Source: Octopus bimaculoides
Lineage: Eukaryota
DNA: 64,000 nt
Assembly: GCF_001194135.2 (NCBI RefSeq)
Contig: NC_069004.1
Location: forward strand, 35,549,455-35,613,454
Direction of reading: 5' to 3'
In this document: positions 53,565-64,000 of the stretch, in pieces
Layout: the number at the start of each line of letters is the position of its first letter
Position numbering within the stretch: position 1 is the first letter of the stretch
Notes under the pieces: generated by a model
Told to the model about the DNA's origin: nothing
The model's database searches: none
What the model saw: the letters and a program-made list of their open reading frames with translations, nothing else
Translations under genes and position numbers: made by a program

Positions 53565-53864
53565 TGTGTGCACACATATTGATGTATGTGTGAGCAGGTT
53601 AAACACACACACACATTGATGTATGTGTGAGCGGGTTACACACACACACACATATTGATGTATGTGTGAACGGGTTACACACACACACACACATTGATGT
53701 ATGTGTGAGCAGGTTACACACACACACACACATTGATGTATGTGTGAGCGGGTTACACACACACACACACATATTGATGTATGTGTGAGTGGGTTACACA
53801 CAGACACACACACATTGATGTATGTGTGAGTGGGTTACACACAGACACACACACATTGATGTAT
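53565..53864 (+). repeat. ~37-bp minisatellite (ACAC)n-ATTGATGTATGTGTGAG(C/T)GGGTT running into the gap
   Basis: About 8 tandem units. Confidence 0.9.
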
Positions 53865-54424
53865 NNNNNNNNNNNNNNNNNNNNNNNNNNNNNNNNNNNN
53901 NNNNNNNNNNNNNNNNNNNNNNNNNNNNNNNNNNNNNNNNNNNNNNNNNNNNNNNNNNNNNNNNNNNNNNNNNNNNNNNNNNNNNNNNNNNNNNNNNNNN
54001 NNNNNNNNNNNNNNNNNNNNNNNNNNNNNNNNNNNNNNNNNNNNNNNNNNNNNNNNNNNNNNNNNNNNNNNNNNNNNNNNNNNNNNNNNNNNNNNNNNNN
54101 NNNNNNNNNNNNNNNNNNNNNNNNNNNNNNNNNNNNNNNNNNNNNNNNNNNNNNNNNNNNNNNNNNNNNNNNNNNNNNNNNNNNNNNNNNNNNNNNNNNN
54201 NNNNNNNNNNNNNNNNNNNNNNNNNNNNNNNNNNNNNNNNNNNNNNNNNNNNNNNNNNNNNNNNNNNNNNNNNNNNNNNNNNNNNNNNNNNNNNNNNNNN
54301 NNNNNNNNNNNNNNNNNNNNNNNNNNNNNNNNNNNNNNNNNNNNNNNNNNNNNNNNNNNNNNNNNNNNNNNNNNNNNNNNNNNNNNNNNNNNNNNNNNNN
54401 NNGTAAGATTCATATATATATATA

Positions 54425-54895
54425 AACATACATACCGAATCTGCACTCCCCGCCCCCTAACCCCTGCACACCCCCTCCCATGCACTCTCTCATCACACCT
54501 CTTTTGCAATATTCTGTCACTTGTAATATGGCCTTTGAACTTCAAGAGTATGCCCTGGCCCTTACCACCATCTATATCCCTCTCTCTCTCTTCCTTTATT
54601 TTAACCCTCCCATTTATATTCTGATCCCCGTCTCTTGTGAGTATGCCAGGCACTTTGCCACCCTCTCTATCCTGCTGTCTCCTACTCTCTCTCATAATCA
54701 CCTCTCTTGCACTCCACATCTGATGCCTCTTATGCTTACACTCTGTCAAACCTTCACACTGATATTGCACATCCAGCAATGCATAATGGCTTCTTTCAAG
54801 CCTACGCATGTCCTCGGCTGTCACAGCCCATGTTTCACTGCCATGTAGCATAGCTATTCGCACACAGGCATCATACAATCTGCCTTTCACTCTTG
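54425..54895 (-). mobile_element. RTE RT C-terminal relic
   Basis: KGRLYDACVRIAMLHGSETWAVTAEDMRRLER. Confidence 0.75.
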
Positions 54896-55032
54896 AGAGA
54901 GAGGCCCTTTGTTGCTAGCAGAGGTAGGAGCTCTTTGGACTTGGCCCATCTTGTGGGGTGTACGCAGAGATAATTGTAGCTATATAAAAGAAATTAACTG
55001 TCTGCAAAAATTGTAAATATTTGATAAATTTT

Positions 55033-55072
<40 letters not shown>

Positions 55073-55967
55073 NNNNNNNNNNATATATATATATATATAT
55101 ATATATATTGTGATATATATATATATATATATTAGTATGAAAATGAAATTCTTTCTGTTGATGTGTTATGTTGAGAGGGTTTTCAGATATTTTCAAGAAA
55201 CTCCTTCTAAAGTTCAGGGCATTAAACCCCAATTGCCTTTGAAAGATTTGTCCTGTTACCCATCATATTGTTAGCTCTGTTGTTAAATACATTTGTTTTT
55301 GAAATGTGATCCCTAAACAATGTTGAAACTATTTTTTAATTCCAGCACAAACTAATCTGACACTAAATAAAAAGACCAAATCCTGAACATGTAACTATTT
55401 TTTGTACCCTTGTACCCCATCAACCATTGTTATATAAATACATGGACCCTTAAACATATTGCTTTAATTGTAGCCCCATTTACAACCCTATTTACAACCC
55501 TTTTTGCTCTTTTCAACCTTGTTATTTTTTTTTTGTTATTTTCCTCTACTTTCCCAAACCTACAAACGTTTTGTCCTGCTCCCAACCTTGTTCAACTCGT
55601 ATTCCTTGTCTTCGTGCCATCTTCAAAGCAATTTTCATAGAAGAGGCTCTCACAACAGCTCTTACTCCTCGACTACAACAAAAGTTTTTTTCTTTTTTTC
55701 TGTGCCTCCATTCTAAACTATGGATGTACAAAAGAATCATTTGGTTCATAACCAAGTTGAGGCAGAAGGGCTACAAATGTAAGTGAAGTACAGGAATAAT
55801 GAGCAGTAAGGGCATCCATAAAATGAATTTTACCAGATACTCTATGGAGTTTCCTGACTCTTGAAACGCCCATCTCTTCATATGCCATGGCGCCGACATT
55901 TTGTCTTTGTTGGGCACTAGAAAGAGGTTTGCAAGAAATAGTTTGCACAGAATTAACAAGTTACATC

Positions 55968-56155
55968 TCTGGCAGAATTGTTAGCACACTGGACAAAATG
56001 CTTAGCGGTATTTCGCCTGTCGCTATATTCTGAGTTCAAATTCCGCTGAGGTCGACTTTGCCTTTCATCTTTTGGGATCGATAAAATAAGTACCATTTGA
56101 ACACTGGGGTCAATGTAATCAACTCTTCCCCAACTCCCCCAAGCTGCCCTTGTGG
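55968..56155 (+). mobile_element. SINE family A
   Basis: Similar to family A. Confidence 0.85.
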
Positions 56156-56256
56156 AAAAAAAAAATTGATATAATTATTATTATTATTATTATTTTTCCT
56201 AATTGTTAAAATGTTTCAATATTTTTTTTTCTTTTTCTTCTTTCAGAGATTAATTC

Positions 56257-56288
<32 letters not shown>

Positions 56289-56815
56289 ACAGAAAGAAAA
56301 GATGCTGGAGAAAAATATGTAAAAAATGTTGAAGCAAAAAAAAACAAACACACTTTTATTTGAACATTACCAATGTTATTATTATCATTATTTTATATTT
56401 TACACATATGTCAAAAAAAAAAGACAGAAAAAAGCAGGAAAAAACTTCAGAGAAATCATGACATTAGAAAAACTTAAAAAATTTGTGCGTGTATGTGTTG
56501 GAGTATGTGTGTGTGTGTGTGTGTGTGTGACCAGGTAACTATGTCCATATTATAGTTTCATTCAATTATTTGAGTTAATATGAAAGAAGCAAACAGAATA
56601 CTTCAGTGTTCACCTTTAATATACATCCAGTGAGAATCCACATGAAACTATGCTATGGACTTAATAGAAGGAACCGATACACACACAGAGACACCCTTCC
56701 CCACACACACAGGCTCTTTACCACAGGGCATATATTGTACACTTCAATGCTTACACATGTAAACTACTCCATATATATGGTGTGTGTGTGTAAAGATGTA
56801 TATACATATACAGAC

Positions 56816-56851
<36 letters not shown>

Positions 56852-57207
56852 TTATATAGTTATATGTATATACATATGTATGTGTATGTGTGTGTGTATA
56901 TATGAATGTAGGTGTGTTTATATATATATATTATAGCAGCGTAACAGTCCTGCGTAAATGGTCTGAAATCTGAAGAAGCTGTGAAATTTTTTAATTATTT
57001 TTAACACATGCAAATTGGTTGTGCAAGGGAGAGAAGGGAAGGTGGGTGCTACATTATCAATGTGAAGAAGAAGAAGAAGGGGTTAGAAGAAGCTGTGGTG
57101 TTTTAGATGTGACCCCTTAACCGCAGTCTTGGATTAGTGTGAAGGCCTTCGAAATATATCTGTCAATGTTATACTCACTCTCTCAGTCTCTCTCACTCAT
57201 GTATGCA

Positions 57208-57267
<60 letters not shown>

Positions 57268-57679
57268 TGTATATATCTATATATGTTTTTGGTTTTATTC
57301 AAAAATTGCATTCTCTCACATAAACTCGATTATGTCCAGCATAATAAAGTGTGTGTGAATGTTGTGAGGGGAGGTGAACGAGGGGACAAATGCTGATGTG
57401 TACGATGCATATGTATATATATACACACACACACACACATATATATATATGTGCATACATATATATATTTACTTAAATTTTGTGTTAGAAACAGCTCAAT
57501 AATGTATAAGATTATCAGTAACCCATACTTAATGTATGTCACTTGTTAAGCGCTTATACCTGCTGTATTTCGTCTCAGAGGGTCCCTTTAAGGTTGTATA
57601 GCCATGCCTACCATTGATGTATACTGTGTTTTTTAACACTGTATGTCTTTAAATGCTGCATCTACATACATTAAATATG

Positions 57680-57722
57680 TGATAATGGTAATACACATAT
57701 ACATACATACAGACATGCATAT

Positions 57723-57769
<47 letters not shown>

Positions 57770-58205
57770 TATATGTATATATGTATGATGGATGTATATA
57801 TATATATGTATGTATAGATGTATATATGTATGTATAGATGTATATATGTATAGAGGTGTGTATATATATGTATAGATGTATCATCATCATGTATATACAT
57901 ACATATATATACACATACATACTGATACACAATTGTGTGTGTATATATATGTATGTGTATATATATGCATATGTATGTATGCATATATATATATATATAT
58001 ATATATAAATATATATATATAGCATGTGCATATATGTGTTTATGTGTATATATGAAATATATAGCACTGTCTTGTTCAAACATATGCATTTTTGCTGATA
58101 TGTATGCATATATGTATGGGTATGTATATAACATGTGCAATAAAAATTATATATATCTATATATAACCTACATGTATATATACTTTTTATAATTGTATGT
58201 ATGTA
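57680..58205 (+). repeat. Degenerate (TA/TG)n low-complexity tract (many other (TA)n and (CA)n tracts, e.g. 4850, 12010, 13140, 17220, 19797, 26120)
   Basis: Seen directly. Confidence 0.95.
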
Positions 58206-58351
58206 TAAATAAATGAATAAGCGACAAAGATGATCACATGACTTTTTCCTGGTTCCATTAAATCTTTTAATCTGTTAATTGTGGATTTTATTAATGTTGT
58301 TGTTGTTATTATTATTATTATTATATTATTATTATTATTATTATTATTGCC

Positions 58352-58555
58352 AATCTGGCAGAATTGTTACCTCACCAAGCAAAATGCTTCCTGGCATTTC
58401 ATCAGTGGTGATGGTCACTTTTGCCTTTCACCCTTCCATCCAGGGTCACTGAAATAAGTACCAGTAATGTACTGGCTCGATGTAATCAACTAACCCTCTC
58501 CTCAAAATGTCAGGCCTTGTGTCTATAACAGAAAAGATTATTATTGTTATTATTA
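58352..58555 (+). mobile_element. SINE family A, deleted copy abutting the RTE LINE
   Basis: Similar to family A; its (TTA)n tail runs directly into the RT sequence. Confidence 0.7.
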
Positions 58556-58559
58556 TTAG

Positions 58560-59815
58560 GGAGAGAGTCTGTTTAGATGAGATGCAGTTTGGGTTCGTGC
58601 CAGGGGAAAGCACCACTGATACTATATTTCTGGTAAGACAGTTGCAGGAGAAATACCTAGCCAAAGATAAACCTCTGTACCTGGCTTTCGTTGATATGGA
58701 GAAAGCCTTTGACAGGGTCCCCCAATCCCTTATCTGGTGGTCAATGAGGAAACTAAGGATAGATGAATGGTTAGTGAGAGCTGTGTGAGCCATATACAGG
58801 GACACTGTCAGTAAGGTGAGGATTGGCAACGAGTACAGTGAAGAATTTCAGGTAGAGGTAGGGGTCCACCAAGGTTCTGTCCTCAGCCCCCTCCTATTTA
58901 TCATAGTCCTCCAGGCAATAACAGGAATTCAAGACAGGATGCCCCTGGGAGCTCCTCTATACTGATAACCTTGCTCTAATAGCTGAGTCACTATCAGAAC
59001 TAGAGAAGAAGTTTCAGGTGTGGAAGCAAGGATTAGAATCGAAGGGCCTCAGAGTCAACCTAGCTAATAAGTAGGAAGGCAGACAAACCACACATCCCTT
59101 CAGGTAGATGGCCCTGCTTGATCTGTAGAAAAGGCGTAGGTAGAATCTCCATAAGGATGAGGATAGCTGTGTGAAAAAGTGTCACACCCTAGCGGTTGAG
59201 GGAACATGTGGAAGAGGTAGACTCAGGAAGACCTGGGATGAGGTGGTGAAGCATGACCTTCGAACATTAGGCCTCACTGAGGCAATGACTAGTGACCGAG
59301 ACCTTTGGAAATATGCTGTGCTTGAGAAGACCCAGCAAGCCAAGTGAGACCATAACCCGTGGCCTGTGCCAGTGGTGTAGCCAGCCCACTTACGCATACC
59401 TTTCCTTCATTGGACACTAAACTCTGCTTGTGAAGACCTGTTGAGGCAAGTGAAATCGAAATCAAATTCGATGACAGCATCATGTCACTGGCATCCGTGC
59501 TAGTGGAGCACTAAGAGCACCATCCGAGCGTGATCATTGCCAGTGCCGCTGGACTGGCTCCTGTGCAGGTGACACGTAAAAAGCACCATTTTGAGCGTGG
59601 CCGTTGCCAGTACTGCCTGACTGGCCCTCGTGCCGGTGGCACATAAAAGCACCCACCACACTCTCGGAGTGGTTGGCGTTAGGAAGGGCATCCAGCTGTA
59701 GAAACCCTGCCAGATCAGATTGGAGCCTGGTGCAGCCATCTGGCTCGCCAGTCCTCAGTCAAACCGTCCCACCCATGCCACCATGGAAAGCGGACGTTAA
59801 ACGATGATGATGATG
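58560..59815 (+). mobile_element. 5'-truncated, internally deleted RTE LINE with long 3' UTR and (TGA)n tail
   Basis: MQFGFVPG..TTDTIFLVRQLQEKYLAK..DMEKAFDRVP, GVHQGSVLSPLLF, decayed YADD (YTDN 58958-58969), WPCLICRKGVGR, GRLRKTWDEVVKHDLR. Confidence 0.9.
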
Positions 59816-61124
59816 ATTTGATGAAGCCTCAGAGTTTATTTCGCTGAGTCTGATCAAAGGTGCCACCTGTCCACCGTCAGCGGGCAAAGGTGACACTTGT
59901 TTTACTGATCATGCTTCAAGAATTCTTGCAGTTCCAAGCAATTCTGATTTTATGTAGGTGTTCTGTCTTTATATTTTTGTTACCATTGTTGTGGTGAGCC
60001 GACTGAGTTATTAGCGTTGCTGGCTAATTGACGACCGATGTTGGTTTGTTTACCTTTCGGTAACTTAGTGACGCGGCAAAAAGTGTCTGATAAATGTATA
60101 TTTCTTTATTCCCCACAAGGGGCTAAATTTACTGGGGACAAACAAGGACAGACAAAGGATGAAGTCGATTACTTCGACCCCAGTGCGTAACTGGTACTTA
60201 TTCAAACAAGTACTATGTACGTGTGTGTGTGTATGTTTTACATATATTTTATTTTCATATATATTTATACAAAATATATATTTGATTTTAATTTATTCTC
60301 GTATGCATTTATACAAAAACTGTAAGCATAGATTCGCTCTCCATAAAATATTAAACCAACTCATGCAGTGATTAATTCGCCGTTTTCACTGACAAATCTC
60401 GAACATTCGACGTTATTGTCCCGCCTGGCCGCGAAGTAGATTAAGCATTTGACGTAGCGTGAATTGTTTATCTTTATATTGCTTTTCCGCACACTATTAC
60501 ACACAGACACTCACACACACACGCACACACACACACAGACACATACACACACACACACACACACACACTATTACACACACACATGCGCGACTGTATTGTG
60601 CTAACAATAAGGTGTGGTATTTATTTAGCGTGGTAAGTTTTACATAATATAGATGTATATAAAATACATACGTACATACAAAAATATGTATTATATATAT
60701 TTATGTGAGTGTGTGTGTGTGTGTATATATATGTATGTATGTATGTATATATGTGAGTGTATATATATGTATGTATATACACACATATAAATATATAATG
60801 TATTTGCATATGCGTACATAAAATATATATTTTGCAAGTTTTTATGAAATTATCCACACTAATAGTTAGCATACAAAAGCACTTATTATATAGATACTAG
60901 CATAGCCGTGTCGCCAAAATTGCCAACAGTTTTGGAAATGGTAGAAAATGGTATTATGAAAGAAAGCACTGATAAATGTCAGAAATCGTGTAAATGTCTG
61001 GTCATACAGAGAATTGAAGCACTTGAAGAATCATATACAGTTGTAACGTCTCGGTTGAAAATATCGACCACATATTTTCAACGGTGTAATTTTTTATAAT
61101 GGCGCACTCCTGTGGACGGTTTAA

Positions 61125-61450
61125 ATTGAATTAGCACTATTTTTTCCATCTTGACCAAAATTGCTTGACTAATTCGTCTTCTTAACGTCGTGGAGGCGTT
61201 CCAAGTGGTCTTTTCCAATCGCTTGGACACCACTCGGTAACTGCACGGATCCATCTGTTGTCTGTGAACATTGCAACATGCCCGACCCGGCAGAACTTGT
61301 GTTTTCGGTAGTCTGCAATCTCATTGCCCCCCCCCCATCTACTCTCGAATGATCTCATTTCTCAGCATGGATCTCTCCATAGCCCTTTGCATCGTGGCCA
61401 GTCGACGTTCGATCAACTTCGTAGTAACCCACGTCTCATATGCTTATGGT
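61125..61450 (-). mobile_element. RTE-1-like C-terminal relic
   Basis: ETWVTTKLIERRLATMQRAMERSML...GHVAMFTDNRWIRAVTEWCPSDWKRPLGTPPRR. Confidence 0.75.
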
Positions 61451-61995
61451 ATTGTCTACCTTTGGTTTTAGCACATTATTCTTACATATACACTAACAGA
61501 CAGATGCGAAGGAGACCTGGAATAGAGAGGATACATCATTAAGGGGAATCTCATTCGAAATGGGCCGCAGAAAAAACCCTACTGGCTCCTTGGAGTGCTG
61601 TTGAGAGGAATCTCATTCGAATGGGGACGCAGAAGAGCCATGTCGAATCATTCAGTCGATATCATCAGAATAATGTCGGACACCAAAGAAATTTTGATGG
61701 TCAGCACTGTTTTGAGGAGTACGCGTTGGTGAAAGAAGCAAAATTAACCCGAACAAATTAGTGGACTTGAATCTCGGCTGCCGGACAGTACCGTTGGCCG
61801 TTAGTCTGACGGACAGATTAAGATTTTGGGAGTCTGGTTTTGTCCTGATTTTCAGATGGACAATGACTGGGTTAGAAGTTTGTCTTAAAACCCACAGTAT
61901 TTCAAAATCACTAGAAAGCAAGAATATTTTTACCTTTGTACCTTTCACAAAAGTTTATCCTTCCCGGGTTGATAGTACGCCTACTTGTTCTGTCC

Positions 61996-62245
61996 GACCG
62001 AGTTCCCAAGCCATAACCAACTGACCTATGTGTCACGTGGGACCTTGAAATATTACATCGCCTGGGAACATTGCCTTTCCTTACAAATATTCAACCAGCG
62101 TCGTCACTCGGACGTGTTCTGTTGTAAAGAGGAGTTCAATACATTGTGTTCGTTAGAGAAAGTAACCTTCAAACGAGACGGTATTATACCCAAAAGTACA
62201 CACGGATACAATGAAAAAATACGAAGCACGGAAAAAATTGCAATT
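61996..62245. repeat. Duplicated ~250-bp element, copy 1 (copy 2 at 63439-63690)
   Basis: Near-identical first ~160 nt; offset 1443 bp. Confidence 0.9.
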
Positions 62246-62569
62246 TACTCGCTTTCATTTATTGNNNNNNNNNNNNNNNNNNNNNNNNNNNNNNNNNNNN
62301 NNNNNNNNNNNNNNNNNNNNNNNNNNNNNNNNNNNNNNNNNNNNNNNNNNNNNNNNNNNNNNNNNNNNNNNNNNNNNNNNNNNNNNNNNNNNNNNNNNNN
62401 NNNNNNNNNNNNNNNNNNNNNNNNNNNNNNNNNNNNNNNNNNNNNNNNNNNNNNNNNNNNNNNNNNNNNNNNNNNNNNNNNNNNNNNNNNNNNNNNNNNN
62501 NNNNNNNNNNNNNNNNNNNNNNNNNNNNNNNTATATATATACATACATATATACATATGATATGACTAA

Positions 62570-62725
62570 AAATAGTCGATCCTTAGTGGAGCAAAACCAT
62601 ATGGAAACGGACGAAAGAGATGCGAATTCTGCCTAGAGGAGTCACCCCAAATACTTACGCCAGGGAGTCACCTAATTAACTGCAGACAAGGAATTAGCGA
62701 CACGCTGCAAGCATTTCCATAATAA
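62570..62725 (+). mobile_element. Penelope-like element, GIY-YIG C-terminal relic
   Basis: From 62579: ILSGAKPYGNGRKRCEFCLEESPQILTPGSHLINCRQGI, resembling PLE C-termini (PY..G.K.C.LCL.EK..I....LLN.R.E). Confidence 0.6.
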
Positions 62726-62855
62726 ATCTTTCAGTAGGTTCCCTCGATAACTTTAAAACTATAGTGAGAGACATTGGTCAAGATGAATATGATGCCTAAC
62801 AGATAAATGCAACTTATTTGCTATAATTTGTTATGCATTTGTGTATATGTGTATA

Positions 62856-62965
62856 TACGCGAGGGTGTTGAAATGTTTGCTGGCTTCAAAAGTGTCGCGA
62901 AAGGCCTGATTGGAGGCTCAACCTCCAAAGTTCTTTTACAAGCCTTAGAAAGAAAAAAAACTCAT
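62856..62965. mobile_element. Mariner-type MITE end fragment
   Basis: TACGCGAGGGTGTTGAAATGTTTGCTGGCTT resembles a TA-flanked mariner TIR; partner end not seen. Confidence 0.45.
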
Positions 62966-63438
62966 ATAATATATATTATTTAAACATTTAAAAATGTATT
63001 TCATTTATTTTATCATTTTTTAAAATCAAATTTCGAAACAATATCTGGATGGTAATTGGACCTGGATACAATGCAAATGTCTTCGTGAATGAAGACCCAA
63101 TTACAAACACTAATTTATCTTGACTGTCCGTTCTCCAATTTCGGTCATCCCCTAGCCCCTTTTCTATAGAATGCCCCCTCCCTCTCCTCTAATCTTTCTG
63201 CTCCTTCCTCTTTGCCTTTCTTACCTTCTCTCCTTTTCCTTCTTTTTCCAGTTATCCCATCGTTTGCCCTTTCCTCTTTATCTCGCTTACCTCATTCTTA
63301 TTGCCTCTCTTCACTCATCGTCCCATGCTCCTACCATTCCTTCAGTGATCTCCTTTGTTATAACCAGAAAACACTGACAAAAGTAGCATTCATTCTCCAG
63401 GTGGTTCAATTTTTCTCAAACTTGCTCTGTTTACGTCA

Positions 63439-63690
63439 GACCGAGTTCCCACGCCGTAACCAACTCACCTATGTGTCACGTGGGACCTTGAAATATTACA
63501 TCGCCTGGGAACATTGCCTTTTCTTACAAATATTCAACCAGCGTCGCCACTCGGACGTGTTCTGTTGTAAAGAGGAGTTCAATCCATTGTATTCGTAAGA
63601 GGAAGTTACCTTCAAATGCGACAGTATTATATCCAAAATACACACGCAAACAGTAAAACAATATGGAGGCATGGAGGAAAATGCGATTTT
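63439..63690. repeat. Duplicated ~250-bp element, copy 2
   Basis: GACCGAGTTCCCA...GTCACGTGGGACCTTGAAATATTACATCGCCTGGGAACATTGCC...ACTCGGACGTGTTC. Confidence 0.9.
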
Positions 63691-63965
63691 TCTGTTTCTT
63701 GTGTATTGAATGTTTCAACAACGATGAACACAAACATATTTGTGCATACACACACATAAATGCAAAGAATTGCATTCGCTCGAATGCGCGCGTGTGTGTC
63801 ACTACTGTTTACAGTTTGTGAGATTTAAATTTGATATTTTTTATACGAATTTATTAAGCTCTTTCCAAAACAACTCTTTCAAGATGCATTTTGCCGCATT
63901 TTAAGAAAAAATCTCTCTTTCTATCTCTGTCTCGGGTCTCTTCCTCTCTCTCTCTCTCTCTCTCT

Positions 63966-64000
<35 letters not shown>

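Noticed and set aside
57633-58192. YI/HT/CV-repeat ORFs throughout the window
   Set aside because: They are translations of (TA)n and (CA)n tracts.
61652-61948. RQTSNPVIVHLK resembling a GIY-YIG segment
   Set aside because: It lacks the GIY/YIG residues and surrounding conservation; probably chance.

Overview
AT-rich, microsatellite- and SINE-dense eukaryotic DNA with seven N-gaps. The tRNA-derived SINE and RTE repeat types suggest an octopod cephalopod, probably Octopus (inference). There are two multi-exon protein-coding genes, both on the + strand. (1) GCDH, mitochondrial glutaryl-CoA dehydrogenase: 11 coding exons, 9536-25864, 443 aa. Its first intron has perfect U12 (minor spliceosome) signals and leads to a 39-nt micro-exon that the ORF track misses. 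(2) MFSD1, a lysosomal MFS transporter: 12 coding exons traced from 33214 to 52133; the last exon(s) were not found and may lie in the 53865-54402 gap. The rest is intron or intergenic DNA carrying several SINE families, decayed non-LTR elements (RTE/BovB-like, RTE-1-like, R4/Dong-like, HERO-like, Penelope-like), mariner and pogo relics, and Tc1/mariner MITEs. The most interesting leads are the U12 intron, hammerhead-like relics linked to Penelope-type repeats, a candidate restorative A-to-I site in GCDH, an M-box/E-box module upstream of MFSD1, and an unexplained duplicated ~250-bp structured element at 62.0 and 63.4 kb. Most entries in the ORF track are microsatellite or N-run artefacts. No searches were run; family assignments rest on recalled motifs, and repeat boundaries are approximate.
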